Virus record (IMG/VR): IMGVR_UViG_3300011226_000001
Span: 192,001 to 256,000 of that record
Strand: one strand, 5' to 3'
DNA length: 64,000 nt
From: a virus
Taxonomy: Duplodnaviria; Caudoviricetes
Part shown: positions 47,384-58,281 of the stretch, in pieces
How the letters are laid out: each line of letters begins with the position of its first letter
How positions within the stretch are numbered: position 1 is the stretch's first letter
Translations under genes and position numbers: made by a program
The notes under the pieces: model-generated
Seen by the model: the letters and a program-made list of their open reading frames with translations, nothing else
Databases searched by the model: none
What the model was told of the DNA's origin: nothing

Positions 47384-49720
47384 ATGGCCACTGAATCTAT
47401 CTACGTTAACGCTCTGCGTCTAACGCCTCAGGGAGAACAGGCCGTTGCGAACGCGAATGCTGGTGGACTTGCTGTAACACCAGTGGCATTCAAAGCAGGT
47501 GACTTTGTAGGCTCTAACCCATCTGTGGTTCCAGAGCAGTTACTTGGCAACGAGCTTGCGTCGGGCGCATTGTCATATGTTCAGGTTCTTACCGAGAACA
47601 GTGCCCGCTTCGTCTTTGACATTAAAGTTAAATACGTTGAAGGTGAAACGCTTAAACGAGTAGGTGAGATACTGATCATGCTCTCAGATAACCGACCTTT
47701 CGGTCACGTTGTCTTGGAAGAGCCTATCATTGCTGTACCGAACTCTATTAGTCGCGTGAGTCTTCTCGTACACATCCAGCAGGACATTCAAAAGATTCTT
47801 GCTGTTAAAATGGCAGACTACACTTCTATTCCGAGTGTGGCAACGCTGCAAAACCTTCCGAGCTTGAACGACAACGTGTTCAACGCCGTGTCAGTTCTTG
47901 ATATGCACGTTAACTCTGACGGCACACGCTCTCCGGGTACTGCATATCGCTACGGCCAAGGTTCTTATTACTGGGCTTTCAGTGAGCATGACCGTATTTT
48001 CAGCGGACAGATTACTGCTGCCGGTTTCATCAACGCGAACACCTTTAAGATTGCGTCAATCACCAGTCTTAAAGAGAACGAAGTTGTGCTGCTGCAAACA
48101 ATATCAGGTACTGGTGCCGGTGCTTGTCGTCACTTCAAATACACGAAAGGCCAGCTCGTCAACATGGACAGCGCAATTCCTTTCGTTAGTGCTCAGACTT
48201 CGATTGCTGTGTGGCGCCGTATCACTAACCCAACAACTCCTACTGCTGGCATTCCGTGGCCGCTAAATAACGATGTACCAGAAGCATGGGCATTGTACAG
48301 AGGCAAAGACGCGCAGCCTTATTGGGGACCTGTTGCTGGTAGCACTCGTCAGACGACTGGTACGTTGTTCGTTCCTCCAGGCAAGATGCTGTTTAGTTCT
48401 GTTGTGACCACAGCTACTCCTGATAAGTTACGTTACACGCTGTCCGAGATTCTCGATAGCTCAACTGACCTGCTGCTAGGTACGTCTGGTGTGCTTCAAC
48501 CTCGCACTGCGTATAGCGTTGTAGACGACCAGCTTTTGCTTTCGTCTTACCCTGAACAGCGTATGCAGCTTGATATGCGTCAGTTCCGTATTGAACCGTC
48601 GCAAGGTCACGTTGTGTTGTTCGAAACATACGAAGGTGTTGGTGACGGCCAGACTGCTCTGTTTAAACTCGGTAGCAAACCGATTGATAGCGTGGACATG
48701 ATCTTCTGCGTTGTCGGATCGACGTGGCAGCCTACCACCGTGTATAAACTCACGAACGGTAACAGCGTCACGCTGACAGAAGCAATCCCGTCAGGTCAGA
48801 AATACACTTTCTATGTAGCTCGCTATGAAGAACGCGCCAACTGGTCTACTCGTATTCGTGTTGCTCAGTATCGCCTGCCTTATGATGCTGATACATTTGT
48901 ACTGCCAACTACACCTCTGAATAAGTCGCACTGCGTTGTGGCTATGAGCGGTCTGACAGTACACACGCAAGAGTTCACGGTCGCTGGTAATGTGCTGAAA
49001 ACGCTGTCGCCTATTCCTGCTGATACCCTCGTTGAGATCACAATCTTCGAGAACGTAATGGCGGTTGGTTCGAAAGACAGTTCAGTTGATGGTGTCATCA
49101 TTGATGCTATCCCTACACCGACCGGTTACATGTTCAAGCGTCAAGGTCTGCCTCCTATCGACGTGCCTATCGCTGCTCCTGAAATCATTCAGGGCGAAGG
49201 TATTCTGATTAAAGGTACGTGGCCTGAGATTACGATTAGCAACACTCAGGCTCTTGCCGAAGAAGCTGATCCAAAGAACATGTACAACATCCAGCAGGTA
49301 GTCGAAGATTCCGAAGAACTGACCATCGTTCAACGTATCGACTTCACGAAGGGTGTTATGCTTACGTGTATCGCTGACTTCCAGTGTCAACTGGGCCCGG
49401 GCTTTGCAGCCACCAGCGGTAAAGAGCATATCGAATACGTTCTGTCGTTCAAAGTCCCAGGCACAGCCGAAGCTGAATACGGTCGTGGTCTTAAGGGTAC
49501 TGGCAGCGCTGGCTTTAACGTTGTTACTTCTGATGCAAGTCTGACGGAAGTGATCGCGTATTCAAACGTTAGCCTGACGCAGATGTACACAGTGCTCATT
49601 GAGAACCAACCTCAAGGCTTCATTGATATCGTTGCTAAGGTGCGTATCACTGATTCGCAGATCACAAGCTACGGTTCGAAGCTGTCTGGTAACTTGTGCA
49701 TTAAGGTTGAACCGAAATGA
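47384..49720 (+). CDS. Tail-fibre attachment/collar protein with repeated beta domains
   Basis: [12 protein letters not shown]...FKAGD resembles tail-collar fibre N-termini; three GDGQT..F.L...Q...Y-type repeats. Confidence 0.6.
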   Translation: MATESIYVNALRLTPQGEQAVANANAGGLAVTPVAFKAGDFVGSNPSVVPEQLLGNELASGALSYVQVLTENSARFVFDIKVKYVEGETLKRVGEILIMLSDNRPFGHVVLEEPIIAVPNSISRVSLLVHIQQDIQKILAVKMADYTSIPSVATLQNLPSLNDNVFNAVSVLDMHVNSDGTRSPGTAYRYGQGSYYWAFSEHDRIFSGQITAAGFINANTFKIASITSLKENEVVLLQTISGTGAGACRHFKYTKGQLVNMDSAIPFVSAQTSIAVWRRITNPTTPTAGIPWPLNNDVPEAWALYRGKDAQPYWGPVAGSTRQTTGTLFVPPGKMLFSSVVTTATPDKLRYTLSEILDSSTDLLLGTSGVLQPRTAYSVVDDQLLLSSYPEQRMQLDMRQFRIEPSQGHVVLFETYEGVGDGQTALFKLGSKPIDSVDMIFCVVGSTWQPTTVYKLTNGNSVTLTEAIPSGQKYTFYVARYEERANWSTRIRVAQYRLPYDADTFVLPTTPLNKSHCVVAMSGLTVHTQEFTVAGNVLKTLSPIPADTLVEITIFENVMAVGSKDSSVDGVIIDAIPTPTGYMFKRQGLPPIDVPIAAPEIIQGEGILIKGTWPEITISNTQALAEEADPKNMYNIQQVVEDSEELTIVQRIDFTKGVMLTCIADFQCQLGPGFAATSGKEHIEYVLSFKVPGTAEAEYGRGLKGTGSAGFNVVTSDASLTEVIAYSNVSLTQMYTVLIENQPQGFIDIVAKVRITDSQITSYGSKLSGNLCIKVEPK

Positions 49721-51156
49721 CAACACAGTTAAAACTTTCGCAAATCGAAACAACCGCCAATGATGAAGGTAAGTCGCTGGTGGGTGTTGGTGGTAGCGCA
49801 CAGTTCGAGCAATCGGACACTGCTGCTCTTACACAACTCGCAAGCGTAAGATTTAACAGCAAGACAGGTGTGTTGGTGTTCATCAAGAAGAACGGGGATG
49901 TGATTAACGTTCCCGGACTTCCTACTGTAGCTATGTTCGGTGAAGGTAAACCGGGGCGTCGAGGCGCTCCCGGTGCCGCCGGACGAGATGGACGAGATGG
50001 TCGTGACGGTGAAACAGGACGTCCTGGCTGTCAAGGCAAAGTTGGCAACAGAGGCAAGACTGGACCTGTAGGTGACCCCGGACGTGACGGCGAAGACGGT
50101 CCTCAGGGTGATACTGGTCGCATGGGTCCTGATGGCCCTACAGGCCCAGACGGTCCTGAGGGTCCTCCAGGCATACGTGGTCCTCGTGGCAACACGGGTC
50201 CAAGCTGTATTGCTGGTGCAACAGGTCCTACAGGCCCAGCGCCTATCACTACTGCTGTGCTGTCAAGTACGCAGCCTACGGATGGTAAAGTGTTTGTGTG
50301 GTTATACCCGACGAACAACGTTACCCCTGCACCGCCTCTGCCTACGATAACACCTCTTGCTGCGTCAGTATCAAGTCTGTACATGGTTGGTCAACGTGCA
50401 GTACAGGGTTCTGATGTGTTTACTTCGCTTGCGTATCTGCCTGTTAACGCGCGTGGTGGTGTTGGTCCTTATAAGTATCAGTGGACTATCACAACTACAG
50501 AGGGTGTAACGCTCAGTGCGACAACATCCTCAACCTGTGTCGTTAACTTCTATCTGCGTCTCGGACTTGGTGCTGATCGAGTAATCAAAGGCACTATCCG
50601 TTGCGTAGTAACTGACATGGGGCAAACATCACGTCCAACCGTCACAGTGAGTTCTGCTCTGACTGTTGTGGCACGTAACCCTATCAACAAAGCGTCTGGC
50701 TGTATCGTGTTCGGCTCTGAGGTTGAAACAATCACAGGACCTAAAGCTGTCGAGGACTTGCGTGTAGGCGATAGCTTGCGCAGCTTCTCTAATCAGCCTA
50801 AGAACTTCCGTCAGTGGTCTTCACCGAGTCTGAAAGGTAATCTTGTAAACGCTACAGTCGTCGGATTAAAATACGGCGAAGAAGATCATTACTACGTTAT
50901 CAACGGACAGAAGTTCACGCACGAACACCCTGTCTTGATTTACGATGACAGCGTGTGGCGTTATGTTCCTGCGCGTGATGTGCAAGCTGGACAAACTGTT
51001 TTGGGTCGCAAAGGACCTGTTGCTGTATACGAGTTCCGACGCATAGATGCTCAAGTGAAGACAGTCGATATCGACGTTGACCCATTTGATTGCTACTTCG
51101 TTGGTGATGTGCTCGCACACAACACGGATATTGTTGCGAAAGCGGAGAAAACGTAA
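49717..51156 (+). CDS. Collagen-like fibre protein with C-terminal Hint domain
   Basis: About 33 Gly-X-Y triplets, an Ig-like domain, then intein blocks A, B, F and G. Confidence 0.85.
   Translation: MTTQLKLSQIETTANDEGKSLVGVGGSAQFEQSDTAALTQLASVRFNSKTGVLVFIKKNGDVINVPGLPTVAMFGEGKPGRRGAPGAAGRDGRDGRDGETGRPGCQGKVGNRGKTGPVGDPGRDGEDGPQGDTGRMGPDGPTGPDGPEGPPGIRGPRGNTGPSCIAGATGPTGPAPITTAVLSSTQPTDGKVFVWLYPTNNVTPAPPLPTITPLAASVSSLYMVGQRAVQGSDVFTSLAYLPVNARGGVGPYKYQWTITTTEGVTLSATTSSTCVVNFYLRLGLGADRVIKGTIRCVVTDMGQTSRPTVTVSSALTVVARNPINKASGCIVFGSEVETITGPKAVEDLRVGDSLRSFSNQPKNFRQWSSPSLKGNLVNATVVGLKYGEEDHYYVINGQKFTHEHPVLIYDDSVWRYVPARDVQAGQTVLGRKGPVAVYEFRRIDAQVKTVDIDVDPFDCYFVGDVLAHNTDIVAKAEKT
50701..51123 (+). 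other. Hint/mini-intein domain (141 aa, no endonuclease)
   Basis: C1 [16 protein letters not shown], TxxH (FTHEHP), VDIDV...[10 protein letters not shown] followed by Thr+1. Confidence 0.85.
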
Positions 51157-51788
51157 TGAGTCTGATTAAAGTTAAGACCGGTCTCATTCAGGCTGGTTCT
51201 TCGACTACTGCTACTGCAATTCGTGCTCAGTCTGGCGTTCTGACAATAGACCAGAACGATGCTGATGTACCGTCAGAGATAACTGCTGATTCGTCATTCG
51301 ATGCGACTTCGGGTATTCTTACTCTCAAGTTCGCTAACGGTCAGTCAGTCAAAGTAGGTGGATTCCCTACTGCATCTGATATCCCTGAAGGTCGTCAAGG
51401 CAGCAGGGGTGAGACAGGCGCTGATGGTAAAGACGGTCGTGATGGTCGTGATGGAAACCCAGGCGAACAGGGTTGTGACGGTGAGATAGGTCCTGACGGT
51501 GAGCAGGGTCTTCCTGGGCCGGATGGTCGTGATGGTCTGCCGGGTCCTGTCGGTCCTACTGGCCCAGATGGTCGCACAGGTCCTATGGGGCCTACTGGTC
51601 CTACCGGCCCTCGTGGCGGTACAGGCCCTACAGGAGCAACTGGCGCTACTGGCCCAACTGGTCCTACTGGTGCAGCAGGTCCTGCTGGTCGTCTGTCTAT
51701 CATCGTGAGTGCTACCCAGCCCGGAAATGTCGCACCCGGCACCGTGTGGGTAGACCCTACAAAAGATCAAGGCACTACCTGGCCGTAA
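51156..51788 (+). CDS. Collagen-like fibre protein
   Basis: Gly-X-Y run; FDATSGILT/GFPT head; VSATQP..GTVWVDP tail. Confidence 0.85.
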   Translation: MSLIKVKTGLIQAGSSTTATAIRAQSGVLTIDQNDADVPSEITADSSFDATSGILTLKFANGQSVKVGGFPTASDIPEGRQGSRGETGADGKDGRDGRDGNPGEQGCDGEIGPDGEQGLPGPDGRDGLPGPVGPTGPDGRTGPMGPTGPTGPRGGTGPTGATGATGPTGPTGAAGPAGRLSIIVSATQPGNVAPGTVWVDPTKDQGTTWP

Positions 51789-51797
51789 GGAGTAATC

Positions 51798-52289
51798 ATG
51801 GTAGAGAAGGTTGATATATCGCTTATCAAGGCCAACGCGTCTGGTCCTGTTGTAGCGACTCAGGGTGGGATTAACGTTGACACGTCAGAAGACGATAGCA
51901 CACTCAATGGTGCATTCGATGCGCTTACTGGTGTGCTCGCAATCAACATCCCCAATATCGGCAAGCTGCAAATTGCAGGACTGCCAACTATTCACAGCAT
52001 CGGCTATGGTCCTGCTGGTGACGTAGGCCCTTCTGGTCGTGATGGTATTGACGGTCTGATGGGTAAAGATGGTCGTCGAGGCACTGACGGTTGTCCGGGA
52101 CCACGAGGCAGTGATGGTCCGCAAGGTAAGCAAGGCTATCTGGGGCTTCGTGGTCCAGCAGGTCCTACTGGCGCTACGGGTCCTACTGGTGCTCCCGGAA
52201 ACCCAGGAGTCGTGGCTGTTTTCGTTCAAGATTCCGATCCGGCACTAGATCAGGAGATTCCGCCTGGAAGTATCTGGGTCCGTCCTTAA
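51798..52289 (+). CDS. Collagen-like fibre protein
   Basis: Gly-X-Y run; FDALTGVL/GLPT head; GSIWVRP tail. Confidence 0.85.
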   Translation: MVEKVDISLIKANASGPVVATQGGINVDTSEDDSTLNGAFDALTGVLAINIPNIGKLQIAGLPTIHSIGYGPAGDVGPSGRDGIDGLMGKDGRRGTDGCPGPRGSDGPQGKQGYLGLRGPAGPTGATGPTGAPGNPGVVAVFVQDSDPALDQEIPPGSIWVRP

Positions 52290-52298
52290 GGAGAAAGC

Positions 52299-54317
52299 AT
52301 GTCTCGTTTTCGCGTTCGTAATGCTGCGAATAACGGTTGGCATGACTGTGTGGACACGCCTATGTTCATACGCACACATGCTGGAGACTGGACACCTTTA
52401 ACTCCAGAGAAGTTCAGTGTGCGTAATCAGTGGGGTCAGCGTTGGCATCACATTGATGACTCGTTTGACCCTACATACGATGACCCGTGTTCGAATCTCG
52501 AAACGGGCGCGTGTGGTGGCGGTCCTACGTCAACAACCAAAGGCTCCGGCAACGGCATAGGGAGTGGCGGTCGTGAGAAGTACGATATCCTTACAGGCTA
52601 TCCTGCAGGGTTTGACTTGCCTGATGCTGGTCGCACTGGCTTCGGTCTTGTCAACTCTTTTGCTCCTCCTACTGGTCGATCTCTCAATCGTCCCGGCATC
52701 AAGGCCATCGAATCATACGATCCTACTGGTGTTGCTTCTCGTGCAGGGCTAGGCACCTACGCTAACCCCAACGTACCGTATGCGTCTGTTCACGGACGCG
52801 GTGCTGTTGTCACTGAAACGTACTATGCAATGCCAGCTATCGAAGGTTATGTCGAGCTGATGATTGCCTCGTATGCGCCTGCTGGTGCAAGCGTCGATGT
52901 GTATCACATGGGTGTGCGTGTTGCTTCAACGTGCGGTAGGCTGGCGGGTCGCTCTCGTATCAAATTCCAGTTTGACCCTGATGCTGCTGATATGCGTATC
53001 ATGGTGCGTGTGCGTACAACGCAGGGTTATAGCTGGAGCTTGGAAGTATATCCTCCTCGTCTTGCTGCTCCGTCTGACCGTGGTGGGTTGGCACTCGATA
53101 GTCAAGCTGCATACGACGTTATCAACTTCCCTGACGTCATTCATCCTGATTATATAGGTAGCCCAATCTTCCCAGCACCGTGTCACGCTACAGTCTGGCC
53201 TATCACTGAGCGTATTCAGAATGCTAACGCGTTTGAATACTATCACTTCATCGGCTGGATTGCAGGTTGGATGTATCTCGATTACACGTCATGGGATACG
53301 TTCGACTTCATTGAGGTCTATCAGGGTGGCCAGCGTATCGCTACCACACTTGATGCGAAGACCGGCGAGGGTTATCTGTATTTCTACTTTGACCCGAAAG
53401 GCGTTGCGTGTGATATCATGGTGCGCGTCGTCAGTAAAGACTTTGGTAATGCTGCATCGCTTGCGAGTTGCTTCTACAGTCTCTACTGCCCAGGCGAACG
53501 TGGTGCGCGTGAATACATGCACCCTTGCCAGAGTTATAGCGTGTACTCTGCTGGCCATCCAACCACAGAAGATAATTTTGCATTAGGAACTCAGACGGAC
53601 ATTCGCGCCGGGCTTGTTGTTTGTGTAGCGAACTCGTTTGATACCAAGTTCGAAGTGTTTGACCAGAACATGACTCTGCTTGATACGTCAATCGTTGCCG
53701 CGGGTCGTACAGGCACACTCGAATTTTGGAAATACCCTGAGCATGTGCTTCGCGCTAACATCACAGTTCGCGTGACAGCGCCTATCGGATGTGATTGGTC
53801 GTACTTTGTGTACTGTCCGATTCAGCCTCCTAAGATTAACGTGAGTGACTTCACTGTTCCTTATCGTTGTGTGACAATCGAAGGTGGCAACGCGCAGCCT
53901 CCAGAAGCTGATCCATTCCCGTGGTACTGCTACGAGATTGAGCATACTGGTGGCCGTGGCTTTGGTAACTTCTGGTCGCAAGTACGAGTGCAGGACGGTG
54001 ACTACGGTGTTCTCTGGGGTGGCTCGAAGGGTTGGTTCAAGTTCAACAACTTCTTCACACGTCGCATTACTCAGGTTACAGTCAACATCGCGTACACAGG
54101 CAAACAGGGTTCGTTCCATAGTGGTATCACATGGAGTGAGCGCTCTAACCCTGGCTTCACATTCGTTCCGAGAAATAACCGCAACATCCAGACATTCAAC
54201 GTCCCTGTAAACATTGCAGCTGGCGAAGAAATCTGGTTCTACGTTACCTCAAGTTGGGATAGGGGTGACGGTGTTAACATGGATTATATCTCGATCTCGA
54301 ACGTGGTCTTTGCATAA
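52299..54317 (+). CDS. Fibre-associated protein with three repeated beta-sandwich domains
   Basis: Three repeats ending IMVRV/IMVRV/ITVRV...(Y)PP/YCP/YCP. Confidence 0.6.
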   Translation: MSRFRVRNAANNGWHDCVDTPMFIRTHAGDWTPLTPEKFSVRNQWGQRWHHIDDSFDPTYDDPCSNLETGACGGGPTSTTKGSGNGIGSGGREKYDILTGYPAGFDLPDAGRTGFGLVNSFAPPTGRSLNRPGIKAIESYDPTGVASRAGLGTYANPNVPYASVHGRGAVVTETYYAMPAIEGYVELMIASYAPAGASVDVYHMGVRVASTCGRLAGRSRIKFQFDPDAADMRIMVRVRTTQGYSWSLEVYPPRLAAPSDRGGLALDSQAAYDVINFPDVIHPDYIGSPIFPAPCHATVWPITERIQNANAFEYYHFIGWIAGWMYLDYTSWDTFDFIEVYQGGQRIATTLDAKTGEGYLYFYFDPKGVACDIMVRVVSKDFGNAASLASCFYSLYCPGERGAREYMHPCQSYSVYSAGHPTTEDNFALGTQTDIRAGLVVCVANSFDTKFEVFDQNMTLLDTSIVAAGRTGTLEFWKYPEHVLRANITVRVTAPIGCDWSYFVYCPIQPPKINVSDFTVPYRCVTIEGGNAQPPEADPFPWYCYEIEHTGGRGFGNFWSQVRVQDGDYGVLWGGSKGWFKFNNFFTRRITQVTVNIAYTGKQGSFHSGITWSERSNPGFTFVPRNNRNIQTFNVPVNIAAGEEIWFYVTSSWDRGDGVNMDYISISNVVFA

Positions 54318-54318
54318 C

Positions 54319-54341
54319 AAGAAGGGGCTTCGGCCCCTCTT
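54319..54341 (+). terminator. Terminator-like hairpin
   Basis: AGGGGC-TTCG-GCCCCT with a short U tract. Confidence 0.65.
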
Positions 54342-54360
54342 ATCGATCTAAGGACATAAC

Positions 54361-57240
54361 ATGCTGCAACAAAGTTGCTTATATGCGCGAGGCATTACTC
54401 CCGTATTTAGCGGTAGCCCAGGTGATGGCACCCAAGCAAGCGTAGATGCTATGGCCGTTGATGGTACACGCTTCACTTCGTTTGTAGTTGATGGTCATGC
54501 TCAAGCGTTCGTGTGCGGTTTCGGTGCTGTCTATATGAACGGTCGCTTTGTTCGTGAAGGTAGCCCTATGGTTGACGGCAGCTACGGCTGGCTGGGGAAT
54601 TACCGCAACAAAAACATTAACAACATGGGTGTGCTGCGTCATCTGCTTACGCAGCGCGGCTATAACTCAAACGTTACTCTCGGTAGCACCATGCTTGTCA
54701 TCTCTGACCTTGCGCCAGTGAACGATGATACTGCAATGGAATCGTGGGGCCAGCTCGTTAGCTACATGCAACGTATGCCTCTCGACATGCTCGCCCACAG
54801 TTGGCAAGAGATTAACGCAGGAGCATATGGGTATGATGGAACGTACAAGTATTTCAAACAGTTCAGCTCGGTAATGCTGCTGTTGTCTGCTGGCAACCAA
54901 AGTATGCCTACAGCAATGCTTACTGCTTTACGTGAAGCGCATCGTAACGGCGTTAACCTGATTGTGTTGCAGAAAGGTGCGTATGAAGGTAACGTGAACT
55001 TCAACGCAATCTTCAACCCGTTAGGTATTCGCAGCAACGGTCAAGCGTATGTTGTCGCTACACCAAACGCGAAGACAAAGAGCGTGAACACGTTCGGTAA
55101 TCATATTGGCTGGACGAACGTACCTCAGTTGCATAACCAGCAGACGTATCACCTTTCCGCTGCGTATCAGTTCACAGGAACTACGCAAGCAGGCCCAGGC
55201 TCTATCGGAGGTCAGCCGGGAACGTGGAAACAGTTTTACTGTGGACAGGTTGATATCCCCGACGACATTATCATTGACCCGCCTGTCATATACAAAGACA
55301 AGTGCTGCGTTGAACCCGGCTCTGCCTATCAGGTAGACTTCGACGTTACCACCTACCCGCAGAAGCCTGATGATTGGCAAGCGCGTATGGCGGCAGGTGA
55401 TGTATCTGTCTATTGGTCGAACGAGAACGCACAGTCGCTTGCAGCACGTAGCAAAATCTTCTCGCACGTTGTAGGCTATCAGCGCTATCTCGACACAGGC
55501 GATACAGGATATACGATCTTTGACGGTGTTCGTTACACTGACCTGCGTGGCTGGAACGTTTATAAGATTCGTAAGTCTGATCTTTCGCTGGTGGAACGTA
55601 AACGCTTCGACATTCACGCATCTGCCGAGGGTACTAACCCAGGTGTTGCGAATGCTGCTGCGTGTGCTGCTTACCTGAACTCGATTGGCTCTGACCATTA
55701 CGTCTACGTTGTGTCGTATGATACCGCAGACGTTAACCGTTTGCAGGGTGGTCTGCCTCAAGCGATGTATCGCATCGGTGCTTCTCGTCGTGTGTATGCT
55801 GGTTCGCAGTACGTCTACCGTGCTGCTTACTCGCTGTTTGGCGAACCCGGTATCGGTGAAGGTAACGCGTGGAATGAAATGTATCGTGGCGCTAAGTCGT
55901 CTGATACTGACAGCTACTTCTCTGTTGGTTATGACTTCGATACGAACGGTTTCCCATACGTTACAGGCACAGACCGTGAAGGTAACATGAGCATGGCGCT
56001 CAATGGTCTGTTCGACAACACCAAGAGCAGTCACCTGCGTTATTACAAAGTGCTGGGTAGTCAAGACGGTGCTTCAACAATGGGTATGCAGCATAACGTT
56101 ACGATCAGAGACAATCGTTTCAAGAAGCTGCCTATGTATGAGTCAAAGACATTCGTTGTGTCCGTGACTAACCCATGCTTCCCTGTGCCTAAGGTTCAAT
56201 CGCATGACTGGGTACACGTTGTTAACCGTGCTGGTTCGAACTACGTGCGATATCCGTTCAAGGACTTGTGCGAATATCTGATTACAACGTCAGATGGTGC
56301 AGGCCAGAACGAAATGTGTACCTCTCACCTGATGATGAACTGGGATATGTTCGGCTCTATCGGGTCAGGCACTATCTACAACTCTGCGGGTGCATCGCAT
56401 AAGATTTTCTGCGGTACGTCTAACGGGAACATCAATGACCCTAACTCGTTGTACATCAATACGACAGAAGAGGGGAAAGTGTGGCACATCTATGAGCGTA
56501 AGTATCAGCTCATTACAGAAGAAGCGACGCGTGATTCAAACGATTGGCAGGTGGTTTGGAAGTGGAACGGTCCTGGTACTCAAGGACACAACATCCAGAT
56601 TGCTGCGGGTTATGAATACATCGTGTTTGCTTACGACCGTTACGGTGAGATTGAACTTGCTGAACGTCACTTCTTCGTGCCACCAGCAGAGTATCTGCCT
56701 AAGTGGGGATCGAACTACTACTGCCGTGATTTCTCGAACTCAACCACGTTCACTGTTGACCGCTCGCTGCGCTGCAATGCGTACTGTGAGAAGTCAAGCA
56801 ACCACGGCGGTGAGAACGGCATTATGATGATCATTCGTCGTCCTCTATTCTTGACTACAGGCGCTTCTGACCGTACTGGTTGGGAATGTATCTATAACGG
56901 TAACAGCACGACTGTTCCTCGCGGCAACAACTACAACATTCCGTGTGTGAAAGATTATCAGTACATGGTTCTGTGTACAGTTGGTGACGGTGCTTATTCA
57001 TCCCACCACTTCAACGCGTGGAAAGGCGCATTCGATATGGTATGGGAAGGATTGTTCGAAGCTGACTCCGGAGGCCGTGCCTCATGGACTGCTGGGCTTG
57101 CGACGTTGATGCAAAGTGGCAACTCAGGAGGACGCACGATGGACTGCTTTGTTGATGACTATCGCGCTGCACCTATCGGTGTATTCCAAGTGTGGCGCAG
57201 ACCTATCCTGTGTTGGGAACCTGACGAGATTGAGGAATAA
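54361..57240 (+). CDS. Putative receptor-binding/fibre protein containing an ILEI/PANDER (GG-type lectin) domain
   Basis: RGWNVYKI...RFDIH...YLNSI...VVSYD...IGAS...YRAAYSLFG matches ILEI. Confidence 0.7.
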   Translation: MLQQSCLYARGITPVFSGSPGDGTQASVDAMAVDGTRFTSFVVDGHAQAFVCGFGAVYMNGRFVREGSPMVDGSYGWLGNYRNKNINNMGVLRHLLTQRGYNSNVTLGSTMLVISDLAPVNDDTAMESWGQLVSYMQRMPLDMLAHSWQEINAGAYGYDGTYKYFKQFSSVMLLLSAGNQSMPTAMLTALREAHRNGVNLIVLQKGAYEGNVNFNAIFNPLGIRSNGQAYVVATPNAKTKSVNTFGNHIGWTNVPQLHNQQTYHLSAAYQFTGTTQAGPGSIGGQPGTWKQFYCGQVDIPDDIIIDPPVIYKDKCCVEPGSAYQVDFDVTTYPQKPDDWQARMAAGDVSVYWSNENAQSLAARSKIFSHVVGYQRYLDTGDTGYTIFDGVRYTDLRGWNVYKIRKSDLSLVERKRFDIHASAEGTNPGVANAAACAAYLNSIGSDHYVYVVSYDTADVNRLQGGLPQAMYRIGASRRVYAGSQYVYRAAYSLFGEPGIGEGNAWNEMYRGAKSSDTDSYFSVGYDFDTNGFPYVTGTDREGNMSMALNGLFDNTKSSHLRYYKVLGSQDGASTMGMQHNVTIRDNRFKKLPMYESKTFVVSVTNPCFPVPKVQSHDWVHVVNRAGSNYVRYPFKDLCEYLITTSDGAGQNEMCTSHLMMNWDMFGSIGSGTIYNSAGASHKIFCGTSNGNINDPNSLYINTTEEGKVWHIYERKYQLITEEATRDSNDWQVVWKWNGPGTQGHNIQIAAGYEYIVFAYDRYGEIELAERHFFVPPAEYLPKWGSNYYCRDFSNSTTFTVDRSLRCNAYCEKSSNHGGENGIMMIIRRPLFLTTGASDRTGWECIYNGNSTTVPRGNNYNIPCVKDYQYMVLCTVGDGAYSSHHFNAWKGAFDMVWEGLFEADSGGRASWTAGLATLMQSGNSGGRTMDCFVDDYRAAPIGVFQVWRRPILCWEPDEIEE

Positions 57241-57243
57241 GCG

Positions 57244-57447
57244 ATGCCAGCATATGCACGTTTAGCATTCAAAGACCCTTCAAGAGACAGATGGGTAGCT
57301 AATTTAGCATACGGTGGAACGAAGGTTCGGTTTCAAGATTCAGACGGAAGTGTGCGTTGGGTGCGTATGACAATCAACAACACGAAAGTTAAAAACCCTG
57401 AAGCCGGACAGTCGGGACAACCTGATTGGACAACACTGACTGGTTAG
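57244..57447 (+). CDS. Small fibre-associated protein
   Basis: GAGG RBS. Three short basic/Trp units like the N-terminus of 52299..54317. Confidence 0.55.
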   Translation: MPAYARLAFKDPSRDRWVANLAYGGTKVRFQDSDGSVRWVRMTINNTKVKNPEAGQSGQPDWTTLTG

Positions 57448-57458
57448 GAGTTTAGCCC

Positions 57459-58280
57459 ATGTCTCTTACGAAGATTAGTCCTGCTCTTATCGACGGTGGC
57501 TCTGACCCCATCGGTAAAGTGTTAGGTAAGAAGACGGCGTCCGCTGTTGCATTCATAGATCCAGCAGAGGCTGCAAAGATTCCCGGCTCTCAGGGTGCGG
57601 AGTTCGATACAACTACCGGCACGTTAACTATCATCTGGCCTGATGGAAGTCAGTCTAGCGTTCTGGGTCTGCCTACTGCCGACCAGCTCAAATCAGGACG
57701 TGAAGGTAAGCAGGGTAAAGACGGCTTGCGCGGTCTTCCTGGTGCTGACGGACGAGATGGTCGTGATGGTGAAGACGGTTGCCCGGGCCCTCGTGGCCCT
57801 CGTGGCCGTAACGGTCCTACTGGCAACACTGGACCTATCGGTGCTACAGGCAACACGGGTGCTGTTGGCCCTACCGGTGCTACAGGACCTACCGGTAGCC
57901 CTGGTCGTGATGCTGCTATCGACGAGTATCGTGTATCGCAAGCTCTGAACCCTGTGACCGGTGCTGTTATCCCGAATGCGTGGATTGGTAGTAACCGTGA
58001 CATGAACACTGGCTTTACCCATAACATGGGTAGAGTCGTGAACACGTCAACTACTGACACTATCCACGTCGTATTCAACACGGCATTCATCAACCGTTGT
58101 ATCAGCATTCAGATTACGTTTGTGAACGCTGCACTCAACCAAGCGAAGACCTACCAGCTCTACAATCTGGACGGTACAAGCGCGATGAATGAGAACGCCC
58201 TGTTAGGCGGTTTCACCATCAAGTCTACTGGCACCAACACTGCTGGTTGGGACTTCTGGTATACTGCGGTAGGTGATTAA
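57459..58280 (+). CDS. Collagen-like fibre protein with a tail-fibre-type C-terminal domain
   Basis: Gly-X-Y run, FDTTTGTLTI/GLPT head; VVFNTAFINRC...FWYTAVGD C-terminus. Confidence 0.8.
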   Translation: MSLTKISPALIDGGSDPIGKVLGKKTASAVAFIDPAEAAKIPGSQGAEFDTTTGTLTIIWPDGSQSSVLGLPTADQLKSGREGKQGKDGLRGLPGADGRDGRDGEDGCPGPRGPRGRNGPTGNTGPIGATGNTGAVGPTGATGPTGSPGRDAAIDEYRVSQALNPVTGAVIPNAWIGSNRDMNTGFTHNMGRVVNTSTTDTIHVVFNTAFINRCISIQITFVNAALNQAKTYQLYNLDGTSAMNENALLGGFTIKSTGTNTAGWDFWYTAVGD

Positions 58281-58281
58281 C

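Noticed and set aside
49960-57910. Repeated GGACGAGATGGTCGTGA-like DNA as DGR template/variable repeats or recombination sites
   Set aside because: Explained by GRDGRDG collagen codons; no adenine-specific variation pattern and no reverse transcriptase or invertase.
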